Positions 20,075 through 28,324 of a stretch of DNA of 64,000 nt are shown piece by piece. The notes beneath the pieces were generated by a model. It saw only the letters and a program-made list of their open reading frames with translations. It did no database searches and was not told the DNA's origin. The position numbers and the translations under genes were made by a program. The stretch comes from a virus. How positions within the stretch are numbered: position 1 is the stretch's first letter; each line of letters begins with the position of its first letter. The stretch lies in IMG/VR virus record IMGVR_UViG_3300008267_000364, positions 5,179 through 69,178 of that record. The stretch is one strand, 5' to 3'.

Positions 20075-20256
20075 ACATTTAATAATAAAGTAGTCATAAA
20101 CAAGTGCTTTTAGCTTTGTGATGTGAGGTAGTATATTCCTTTATTATTAAATGTTTTTAATGCACCACAACTCACTTCCCAAATGTGAGCAGTTGTAATG
20201 AACATTGTGCTGTGCTTTTAGTAGCTAGGTTAAATCACTTCATTACAACTGAGTGC
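20075..20256 (+). ncRNA. Two adjacent long stem-loops, candidate sRNAs
   Basis: 16-bp inverted repeat 20075-20090/20139-20154; three-way junction 20162-20256 with a 13-bp stem; loops share CAT-N6-GTGCTTTTAG. Confidence 0.55.
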
Positions 20257-20302
20257 TTAATATTAAATCAAACAATTAACTAACAACTAAAAACTAGAAA
20301 TC

Positions 20303-20380
20303 ATGTTACACATTACAATCTTAACAATCATTGCAATTACATTTATTTACTGTGGATACAAAACAATATTAGACAAATAA
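20303..20380 (+). CDS. 25-aa hydrophobic peptide (MLHITILTIIAITFIYCGYKTILDK)
   Basis: CTAGAAATCATG leader; below the ORF-track cutoff. Confidence 0.5.
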   Translation: MLHITILTIIAITFIYCGYKTILDK

Positions 20381-20389
20381 CTAGAAATC

Positions 20390-20563
20390 ATGGATACAAC
20401 AACAATATTAAATATTATCACAATACTTGATAATAGAATAGACATTCATCCTTATGCTGATAAAGGTATAACAGATAGTGAATGGATTATTGCTTTTAGA
20501 AATCATTTACAAAATTATATTGAACAACAACTTAATGCAGCAGAATTACAGTCAGAAGAATAG
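20390..20563 (+). CDS. 57-aa hypothetical protein
   Basis: CTAGAAATCATG leader; stop lies in the terminator loop. Confidence 0.6.
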   Translation: MDTTTILNIITILDNRIDIHPYADKGITDSEWIIAFRNHLQNYIEQQLNAAELQSEE

Positions 20564-20578
20564 TCTTCTGACTTTTTT
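20550..20578 (+). terminator. Intrinsic terminator
   Basis: AGTCAGAAGA-ATAG-TCTTCTGACT followed by a T run. Confidence 0.8.
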
Positions 20579-20602
20579 ATTAATCAATTAAAACTATCAA
20601 CT

Positions 20603-21010
20603 ATGAAAATATTAATTAACAAATGTCATGGCGGATATAGTATATCTGCTAATGCTCTTAGTATGTATGCTGATAAGAAAGGTTTAAAATATTCTGTTAA
20701 AAATGAATATTTACCTTTTCTTGATCTTGCAGATGGTACTAGTTTAAGTTTTTACAATATAGAACGCAATGACCCAACACTTATAGAAGTTTTTGAAGAA
20801 TTAGGTTCTGAAGATTTCTCAGGTATTTGTGCTGAAGTATCTATTGTAGAAATTCCTGACAATGCTCAATATAAAATAAGTGAGTATGATGGTAAAGAAT
20901 GGATAGAACAAATATGGATTGAAGTTACTTTAGATGAACTTAAAAATGGTTTATCTGTAGAACAACTATCAATGGTTTTTAAAGGATGTGATATTAAACT
21001 TAAACATTAA
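20603..21010 (+). CDS. Conserved phage hypothetical protein
   Basis: INKCHGGYSIS...RNDPTLIEV.EELG...IVEIP...ISEYDGKEW pattern. Confidence 0.75.
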   Translation: MKILINKCHGGYSISANALSMYADKKGLKYSVKNEYLPFLDLADGTSLSFYNIERNDPTLIEVFEELGSEDFSGICAEVSIVEIPDNAQYKISEYDGKEWIEQIWIEVTLDELKNGLSVEQLSMVFKGCDIKLKH

Positions 21011-21054
21011 TTTAAAACCAATTTAATTATTAACCAACTTAAAATCAATAGATT

Positions 21055-21249
21055 ATGAATACATCTCAAAAAACAACTAAAACAGGTAAACCTATTATCA
21101 ATAGAAAATCTAAACTACCTGAATTCTCATTATCAGTACATACTAGAATAATGAGAATTAAAAAAGAATTAGGTATTGTAAACAATAAACCAACAGATGA
21201 ACAAAGATGGGATATGATTATTAATGAAATTAAAAACTTACAACAATGA
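21055..21249 (+). CDS. Hypothetical protein
   Basis: 64-aa ORF with A-rich leader. Confidence 0.55.
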   Translation: MNTSQKTTKTGKPIINRKSKLPEFSLSVHTRIMRIKKELGIVNNKPTDEQRWDMIINEIKNLQQ

Positions 21250-21360
21250 AAGAATTAGCATTCAAATCAGAAGAACATATGCTTTTATGTCAAATAATAT
21301 TGGTAGAACAAGCATATTTAAGATTATTATTATTCAATTAACAACTAAACAAAAACTATC

Positions 21361-21774
21361 ATGAACGAAAGAACTAAAATTAGACTATTGGTAATTGGAT
21401 TATCAATAGTTCTAGCAACAGCCTGTGCTAAAGGTCAAACATTTAAAATGTTTATTAAGATTACAGAATCAGATTCAGTAAGACATAATGCTACAAAATA
21501 TGTTGTAAACATATTAGACTATACTCAAGACACTACATATAACTATGTGGTGTCTTCTAATTATACATTATTCTTTGAGTATGATCACATATACAAAATA
21601 TCCATAAGTTCTTATAATACAAGTAGTTACGAGTATTATTTAATTAACACTGGACCAAAGAAAAATTATTTAATGAATCTTATAATACCACTAAACAATT
21701 CAATATTTGAAACAGTAAGCAAATTCATCTATTATAGCAAAGCTAATGATAGATACTTTATAGACAAAATTTAA
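21361..21774 (+). CDS. Secreted or lipoprotein-like hypothetical protein
   Basis: Basic then hydrophobic N-terminal signal ending LATAC. Confidence 0.6.
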   Translation: MNERTKIRLLVIGLSIVLATACAKGQTFKMFIKITESDSVRHNATKYVVNILDYTQDTTYNYVVSSNYTLFFEYDHIYKISISSYNTSSYEYYLINTGPKKNYLMNLIIPLNNSIFETVSKFIYYSKANDRYFIDKI

Positions 21775-21939
21775 ACAGTTAAGCTCTCATATAGATAATT
21801 AGACATTTATGTCAAATATAACACCGTTAATATATTATCTATATCACCTTAATAATTGTTAAATAGCTAATATATGGGCTAATTCATATATAAAAATCAA
21901 ACAAATAAACAATTATAAACCAATTAAAACCTAGAAATT

Positions 21940-22401
21940 ATGAAAAATCAAGTAACAATCACAGCTAACAAAGATGGTCAAGTATTCGTATCTACTGGTA
22001 TCAGTGCAAAAGATGGTAAAGAATATGGATATGTACGTCTAGAGTCTAAATGGTTAGACATGTCAGGAGCAATTGCTCAAGTTCGTAGCTTATCAGCATT
22101 AAAAACTTTCTCAAGAGAAGCTTTTGAAATGTCTGAATTAAAAGCAGGTGATAAACTAGATGGTAAAATAGTAATTAAAGAATCTATTGTTAAAAATCCA
22201 TTTAGAGCTAACCAACAACCTAAAATTCAACCTAAAAATGCTTCAGTTGCAGGTGATGTAGATAAATTATTGTTATTCAATGGTGCACCAATTTACCGTG
22301 AAACAGAATTTACTACTGATATGAATGCAGAAAATGTATTGATTAAACACACTAGTGTTCAACCAATTCAACAAACTGCAGATATTAAGTTGAATGGATA
22401 A
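21940..22401 (+). CDS. Conserved hypothetical protein, possible ssDNA-binding (OB-like)
   Basis: 153 aa, beta-rich, EYGYVRLE and GAPIYRET motifs; function uncertain. Confidence 0.45.
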   Translation: MKNQVTITANKDGQVFVSTGISAKDGKEYGYVRLESKWLDMSGAIAQVRSLSALKTFSREAFEMSELKAGDKLDGKIVIKESIVKNPFRANQQPKIQPKNASVAGDVDKLLLFNGAPIYRETEFTTDMNAENVLIKHTSVQPIQQTADIKLNG

Positions 22402-22407
22402 TATATA

Positions 22408-22452
22408 GTCTAGTCTTGGAGTTAAGGAGGGTTCGATTCCCTCCACTAGACC
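22408..22452 (+). ncRNA. tRNA-like minihelix (acceptor-type stem plus T arm only)
   Basis: GTCTAGT/ACTAGAC stem, GGAGGG-TTCGATT-CCCTCC arm, only an 11-nt linker. Confidence 0.5.
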
Positions 22453-22590
22453 TTTTATTAGGTTTTATATGATAGTTTACCCTAATACATTTTAAAGTTG
22501 TTATGTAAAACAACTCCTGAAGGTGGAGGAAAACCTTACTTTTAAACAGATAATAATTAACAACTATATAAACAACTAAAAATTAAAGTC

Positions 22591-22839
22591 ATGAAAACAA
22601 TAACATTCTCAGCATTTACTCTATTAGCATTAGCATTAGGTAGCTGTACATCAAGTAAATCATTTATGTTATCAGAAAGAAAAATAGATGCTTGTCCCAA
22701 ATGGAGTCACAAGAAAGTTATGTGGACAAACAACATCAATAATTCTGATAACGATGAATTCATAGCAGAAATAGCATTTAATCTTAACATTAAACCAAGT
22801 GAGGTAACTCAAGAACAGTTTGATGCAAGATATAATTAA
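22591..22839 (+). CDS. Small lipoprotein
   Basis: Signal peptide with lipobox LGSC. Confidence 0.7.
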   Translation: MKTITFSAFTLLALALGSCTSSKSFMLSERKIDACPKWSHKKVMWTNNINNSDNDEFIAEIAFNLNIKPSEVTQEQFDARYN

Positions 22840-22932
22840 TAATTTAGAAACAGGTTTAAAGTATTGGTTTACCAATCTTTTTTCCTGTTCTCTTTTTTTC
22901 AGTAACGCTTTTAACAATTTAAAACTAATATT

Positions 22933-23223
22933 ATGGATAAAACAGAACAAGCTGAAAGAGCAATTCTAATATTTTGTGCTCATGCTATGACAATGTCAGA
23001 TGAATACACAAGATTCTTAGGAATGTTTAAATTCAAAGAGAAACAGAAATTCAATGATTTAGTTAAAGCTTGTGAAGCTTTTGTTAAAACAATGAAAGAT
23101 AATTTAACTGAAGAAAAACAAGAAAATGTTCAAGAATTAAATGATTTAATGTGTGATTTTTATTACTCATTAATAAAAGGTGAATCTATTAAAATTATAA
23201 AAGATGATAAAGAAGATATTTAA
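22933..23223 (+). CDS. Hypothetical protein
   Basis: 96-aa ORF. Confidence 0.6.
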   Translation: MDKTEQAERAILIFCAHAMTMSDEYTRFLGMFKFKEKQKFNDLVKACEAFVKTMKDNLTEEKQENVQELNDLMCDFYYSLIKGESIKIIKDDKEDI

Positions 23224-23324
23224 TATAATAAATAAAGTTATAATAACTACATTTATTATAACATTACTATTATCAATGGTATTATTTATATCATATTGTT
23301 CAACAGTTTTTATAATAAGTAATT

Positions 23325-23651
23325 ATGAGTAATTTAACAAATATTAAAAGATTAGAAGAAAAATTAGTATTATCAGGAGAAGGTAGCACTTCAATGGATT
23401 TTATAAGAATGATGTCTGAAACTTATGCTTTATTAGGAGAATTAGATAAGGTTAAACCTTATATCGTTGTTTCTAGGGACCAATCAGAAAATGTAGCTAA
23501 AGTAATAAACTTAATAAATGATGGCTTTACAATAGATGAAGCTATTGATGAAATTAATATATTAAAAGCTGATTTTTACGGAAATTGTACTACAATACAA
23601 ATGGAGAAAATAAGACAAACATATGTAAATTATATTAATATTAACAAATAA
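23325..23651 (+). CDS. Hypothetical protein
   Basis: 108-aa ORF. Confidence 0.6.
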   Translation: MSNLTNIKRLEEKLVLSGEGSTSMDFIRMMSETYALLGELDKVKPYIVVSRDQSENVAKVINLINDGFTIDEAIDEINILKADFYGNCTTIQMEKIRQTYVNYININK

Positions 23652-23807
23652 AACTTAAAGTTATGAATAACAATCCTTCAATGACACATTTAATATTTAT
23701 AGAAGAATGGTGGACTAAAAAATCATCACCAGATGATATAAGAAGTTCATTTAATATGGAATTATTAAGAAAAGTAGTAGAAGCTAAACTAAAAAGTAAT
23801 AAATAAT

Positions 23808-24107
23808 ATGACAATTATTGAAGCTGTACACGTTCTTGAAAAATATAAAGGATCTAGTTTAAAGAATGTAGCCATTAAAACACTTGTTGATGAAGTTAAA
23901 AGAATTCACAAGAATAAAGGAATGTATCCAGAAGGCTATAAAAACTATAAAATAGATCCTAAATATTATAAAATGAGAAAGTGGGGAGATCATGTTGTAA
24001 TATCTAAAAAATACAACATATCTCTATCCACATTAGTTAAATCATTTAGAAAAGGTTATTGTACTAAAAGAATAATGGAAGCACTTAATGATTATTTTAA
24101 ACAATAA
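23808..24107 (+). CDS. Basic hypothetical protein, possible C-terminal HTH
   Basis: ISKKYNISLSTLVKSF segment. Confidence 0.5.
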   Translation: MTIIEAVHVLEKYKGSSLKNVAIKTLVDEVKRIHKNKGMYPEGYKNYKIDPKYYKMRKWGDHVVISKKYNISLSTLVKSFRKGYCTKRIMEALNDYFKQ

Positions 24108-24111
24108 AATT

Positions 24112-24318
24112 ATGACACCACAAGAAAAAGCAAAATGGTTAGTTTTGAAATATCTAAGAATAAATAACAATACTATAGAATGGTTTAATATACATATTGC
24201 AAAGCAATGTGCTTTAATTGCAGTTGATGAGATAATAAAACAAGAATCAACTTATGACCCATTTTTTAGTGATATTAACTATTGGCAAGAAGTTAAACAA
24301 GAAATTGAAAAGGTTTAA
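24112..24318 (+). CDS. Conserved Bacteroidota-phage small protein
   Basis: MTPQEKA...AKQCALIAVDEII...YWQEVKQEIEK; start reassigned from 24088 to 24112. Confidence 0.7.
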   Translation: MTPQEKAKWLVLKYLRINNNTIEWFNIHIAKQCALIAVDEIIKQESTYDPFFSDINYWQEVKQEIEKV

Positions 24319-24393
24319 AAATAGCCAATATGTATGAAATATCATGCATTATGGCTAAATATAACCTTTAATGAATGATAAATCAGACAAAAT

Positions 24394-25097
24394 ATGATAG
24401 AAAAAGTAACTAGAAAATCAATGCTTATTAGACTTTCAGGTAGATCAACTGATTTTATATCACCAAGTTTTGGTCATGGATGTTTATATAACTGTAGTTA
24501 CTGTTATATGAAAAGACATAAATATCATGTAATGAAGACTTTGCATTACATTTAAAGTATCATAAATGGGAAAAGATATTTGATTTCTTTAAAGAGCATC
24601 CATTAGCTATGGGTTCTTTTGCTACTAAGTATGTAAATGAAAAATTAATAGAATACAATCCACAAGGTAAAATTAGAATTAGATTTAGTTTAATGCCACA
24701 AATTATGGCTGATAAATTAGAACCTAATACATCTAAAATAATAGATAGAATCAAGGCTATTAATGCATTTATAGATGCAGGATATGATGTTCATATTAAC
24801 TTTAGTCCTGTAATAGTTGCAGGTAATTGGTTAGAAGAATATGAAAATCTATTTCACATGGTTAATGATTATGTAGACTATAAAGATGTTGTAAAAGCTG
24901 AAGTTATATTCTTAACACATAATGAAAATAAACACAAGTATAACTTAACTAATGATATTCCAGGAGAAGATGAATACTTATGGGTTCCTACTATACAAGA
25001 ATCTAAAATATCTCAGTATGGTGGTAAAAACATAAGATATAAACATGACTTTAAAGCTCAGTATATTAAGTGGCTCTTATTACAAGTTTCAAGATAA
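24394..25097 (+). pseudogene. Disrupted spore-photoproduct-lyase-like radical SAM gene
   Basis: GCLYNCSYCY (CxxxCxxC) at 24478-24507; frame break near 24522; remainder (FATK, RIRFSLMP, HINFSPVI) in the -1 frame. Confidence 0.75.
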
Positions 25098-25197
25098 CCA
25101 GTGGGAAAAAAAGTACCAAGCATGGTTAAAATCAGATGACTATAAAAAGAAGTCATTTCAGCTTTATTATGGTAATGGAGTAGTAGATTAAAATAAT

Positions 25198-25449
25198 ATG
25201 AAAACTAAAGAAGAAATAAAACAGTTAAAAATAGAAATTTATAAGGCTATAAAAGGAAGTATAGGAGGTGACTATGGTTTTTTTAGTGAAGGATTTAATT
25301 TTGGATACACTCAATGCCAAGAAGATAACATGGAAAAGAGATACACAGAGGAAGATATGAGAAGAGCTATGAAATACGCTTCTGAAATTACTAATAATAA
25401 AATGAAGTATATGGAAGATTACATTAACTCACTAAACAAACAAGACTAA
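25198..25449 (+). CDS. Hypothetical protein, paralog of the next gene
   Basis: MKTxEEI...GYTQCQxD motif. Confidence 0.65.
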   Translation: MKTKEEIKQLKIEIYKAIKGSIGGDYGFFSEGFNFGYTQCQEDNMEKRYTEEDMRRAMKYASEITNNKMKYMEDYINSLNKQD

Positions 25450-25450
25450 T

Positions 25451-25825
25451 ATGAAAACGCAAGAAGAAATAGAAAAGTTAGCTAATGAATTTTATTTAAA
25501 AAAAGCAGAAGAAATAAATAATTCTATTACAAAAGGATTTATAGTTTCTGCTTCAAAAGGTGGTTTTGTTGAAGGTTACACTCAATGTCAAAAAGATATG
25601 GTTAAAAACAGTAAAGAAGAATTTTATAAATATGGTGAATCATTAGGTATTAAAATCAATGATTTACAAAGGCTTAGAATGTTAACTTGTAATGAACCAT
25701 CCAGAAATTTTTATTTAAGACTTAAAAACTTTGTATTAGATGTTAAAGTTAATGATATGATGTCTGAAGAAGAAAAAGAAATGATTATTAGTGTATGTGA
25801 TAAACAAATAAATAAACAAAATTAA
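25451..25825 (+). CDS. Hypothetical protein, paralog of the previous gene
   Basis: MKTxEEI...GYTQCQxD motif. Confidence 0.65.
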   Translation: MKTQEEIEKLANEFYLKKAEEINNSITKGFIVSASKGGFVEGYTQCQKDMVKNSKEEFYKYGESLGIKINDLQRLRMLTCNEPSRNFYLRLKNFVLDVKVNDMMSEEEKEMIISVCDKQINKQN

Positions 25826-25826
25826 T

Positions 25827-26326
25827 ATGAAAGTAGAATTATTAGGTCATTATGGTTCAGATGAAGTAATAGCATTATCAGCTTGGACAAGTACTTCAAG
25901 AGATTTAGATATTGAAAAAAGAAAAAGAATTCCTAAACTAATAGAAATGTTATGGAATGATGGTCATGAAACACCATTTGAGAAAGGTACAGTTCATTTT
26001 TTAGTAACATGTGATATAGCAAGTCATATACAGAGTTATATCATCAATCATTAGAAGAACTTACTCCTATACTTGGTAGGAAGAGAGCCAAGGAATCAGC
26101 AAGGTTTTTTAAAACTTATAATTCTGAAATAACATCAGATGTATTGTTTAATATGAGATCTTTTGCTAACTTTGTAAAACTAAGAGATAGTGAACATGCT
26201 CAATTAGAAATCAGAATGATTGCACAACAAATGTGGAATGAAGTTGAATCTATTGAAGGAAAACCTTTCTCTGAAACATTAAGAGTAATTAAAAACAAAA
26301 TAAATAATGAGAGAAACAAAGTTTAA
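25827..26326 (+). pseudogene. thyX: Disrupted flavin-dependent thymidylate synthase
   Basis: GHETPFE, KESARFF, FNMRSF...LRDSEHAQLEIR are present; frame break at 26031-26033; central RHR-x7-S-type motif absent. Confidence 0.8.
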
Positions 26327-26467
26327 ACAATTAGAAGTTTTATTCTGCTGGTCAGAATTTTATTCAAACAGTAAAAATCTAGCTGTTCCTGTAGTAGCTA
26401 ATTTTGAAGCATTTAATAAAACAAAAGAACAAATTCTTAAATTAAAAACTGAATTAATAGACTAATT

Positions 26468-26713
26468 ATGAGTGATTACAAAAAATTACCAGTAACTGAA
26501 ACAGCAGAATATCAATATAAAAGAGCTGCTATATTAAAAGAAATCAATGCTAATCAAGTATCAATTGATAGATCAGTATTTAAACAAACTGATAGAGCTA
26601 AATTAAAAGAATTTAAGAAATCTAAAGGTTCAGAATCATTAAAAGCTGAATTTATTAAGATTATTATAAACAATCCTATGAATTGTGGTAATTTAAAAGT
26701 AATTATAAAATGA
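26468..26713 (+). CDS. Hypothetical protein
   Basis: 81-aa ORF. Confidence 0.55.
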   Translation: MSDYKKLPVTETAEYQYKRAAILKEINANQVSIDRSVFKQTDRAKLKEFKKSKGSESLKAEFIKIIINNPMNCGNLKVIIK

Positions 26714-26979
26714 TAACAGTAATAAGTATAATAATATCTATAACATGTTTAACTCTAATAAGTTATTTATTTATTGATTCTGTAAGAAGAAATGCTTTTC
26801 TTAATTATAAAGAACAATATAGACAAGAACTTAAAGATACTATAAGAGAAATAGAATTTAAAGTTTATGTAAGTAAATCTAAGATTCTTGCTGGTCATGA
26901 TGGAGGTGAAGATGATTTAGAATTTTATACTAACTTACTATATAAACTAAGAGATCAATTAAAACATATTGATGACTAA
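26710..26979 (+). CDS. Membrane-anchored hypothetical protein
   Basis: N-terminal transmembrane helix. Confidence 0.6.
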   Translation: MITVISIIISITCLTLISYLFIDSVRRNAFLNYKEQYRQELKDTIREIEFKVYVSKSKILAGHDGGEDDLEFYTNLLYKLRDQLKHIDD

Positions 26980-26996
26980 TAGAAATATTAGTCTAT

Positions 26997-27382
26997 GGGC
27001 CTGACATGGTAAGAGAGTGAAACATTTCTATAACAAGCAAGTATCACATTGCCTATTAAATCGTGTGATTAATAAATTAGTAGGTTAAAGAATAATTGGC
27101 AACAATGATTCAAAACTAGGAACTATCCTAGATCTTAAATATGCTTTAGCTAACAATATGTTAGTTAAGACAGAAGTTGAAGAACTTTTAGCAGCTTAGG
27201 ATTAGCAAAATCTTTCAAATCCAGGTAGTTGTAAAGACTGGGATTGTACAGTTAAACAACAAGTTGTAGTTCTTTAAAAACTAATATTCAGCTGAAACTA
27301 TGAAGAAAAATTAGTTATCTAAACTTGTAGAAACTTATAAAAAAGTTTTATTCTAACGTGGGTTCGATTCCCACCAGGTCCA
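26997..27382 (+). ncRNA. ssrA: tmRNA
   Basis: Acceptor GGGCCTG/CAGGTCC-A with G3:U70, T arm GTGGG-TTCGATT-CCCAC, 386 nt, internal tag frame 27098-27199 ending LAA-stop. Confidence 0.88.
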
Positions 27383-27448
27383 CTAAATGCCAAATAAAAG
27401 ATGAGTTAGGCTGTGAAGCAAACCTCATCTTTTGTTATTTATAAACAT

Positions 27449-27519
27449 AGTCAGGTGGCGAAATTGGTAGACGCAGGTATCTCAAGATATGATTACAGGT
27501 TCGAGTCCTGTCCTGACTA
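27449..27519 (+). tRNA. Atypical or pseudo tRNA (Leu-CAA-like D arm, malformed anticodon arm)
   Basis: AGTCAGG/CCTGACT acceptor, GCG-AAATTGGTAGA-CGC D arm, ACAGG-TTCGAGT-CCTGT T arm; no canonical 5-bp stem with 7-nt loop. Confidence 0.55.
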
Positions 27520-27557
27520 CCGAAGGTTGGTAACTCCTATAGGAATAAAAGTTACAA

Positions 27558-27673
27558 AGTCAGGTGATGAAAATGGTAGCCATAACTGGGGGTATTTCCC
27601 AGCTTAGTGAAGTTAAGGTGTACACGAGTTGTTATAAAGACCTTGCGTGCAGGTTCGAGTCCTGTCCTGACTA
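27558..27673 (+). ncRNA. tRNA-like RNA with expanded centre (116 nt)
   Basis: Same acceptor and T arm as the previous gene; about 60-nt centre containing CTGGG-GGTATTT-CCCAG. Confidence 0.6.
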
Positions 27674-27683
27674 CAAAATAAAA

Positions 27684-27829
27684 AGTTAGATAGCTTAATG
27701 GTAAAGCAGGAGTACCTCCAGTGGATTAGAGTATACGAGAAGGGTGAAAGTTCCCATTCCTAGTTGACCACCACTCTCCTTTAGTGGCATCCTTTATTGG
27801 ATATGTGGGTTCAAATCCCACTCTAACTA
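27684..27829 (+). ncRNA. tRNA-like RNA with expanded centre (146 nt)
   Basis: AGTTAGA/TCTAACT acceptor, GCTT-AATGGTA-AAGC D arm, GTGGG-TTCAAAT-CCCAC T arm, about 95-nt multi-hairpin centre. Confidence 0.6.
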
Positions 27830-27867
27830 CAAATATTATAAATTAATAATTTAAAAACAATCATAAA

Positions 27868-28293
27868 ATGGAAAATCAATTAATAACATTTCAAACTGCT
27901 AAATTAGCTAAATCTAAAGGTTTTACTTTATTGTGGGATGATACAAAACAATATAGTTGGGATGCTTTAGATTCTCAAGGACTATTTGAAGAAAAATGGT
28001 ATGATGAAAAAGGACAATTAAATGCAATATTATATTCTTTAGAAGAAGGTTTAGATAATTATATCACTAAAGAAAATATTGATACAACTTATTTAGCTGC
28101 AACTCAATCTTTTTTACAAAAATGGTTAAGAGAAAAACATAATATTCATATTCAAACAGTTTGTAATAATTTACAAAATTTAATGTTTAGTTCTGAAGGA
28201 TATTATATTGGAGGTGAGTTTGTAACAAAAATATGTGAAACTTATGAAGAAGCTTTAGAAATTGGTTTGCAAATTGCTTTACATCAACTTTAA
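27868..28293 (+). CDS. Conserved Bacteroidota-phage hypothetical protein
   Basis: FQTAKLAKSKGF...TQSFLQKWLREKHNIHI...TYEEALEIGL. Confidence 0.7.
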   Translation: MENQLITFQTAKLAKSKGFTLLWDDTKQYSWDALDSQGLFEEKWYDEKGQLNAILYSLEEGLDNYITKENIDTTYLAATQSFLQKWLREKHNIHIQTVCNNLQNLMFSSEGYYIGGEFVTKICETYEEALEIGLQIALHQL

Positions 28294-28324
28294 AAATTAA
28301 TTAAACTTAAAAAACAATCATATC

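Noticed and set aside
22495-22545. Hammerhead ribozyme (CTGA...GAAA)
   Set aside because: Core reads CUGAAGG rather than CUGANGA, and stems II and III cannot be formed.
27420-27430. 11-nt identity (AAACCTCATCT) with 18039-18049 suggesting RNA-RNA pairing
   Set aside because: Short enough to arise by chance in 64 kb, and it is already paired within a local hairpin.
27449-27519. Opal (TCA) suppressor tRNA
   Set aside because: A TCA anticodon would need C at position 33 and gives no proper stem; a CAA-like or degenerate reading fits better.
27413-27607. 64-aa ORF
   Set aside because: Overlaps the tRNA-like genes; spurious.
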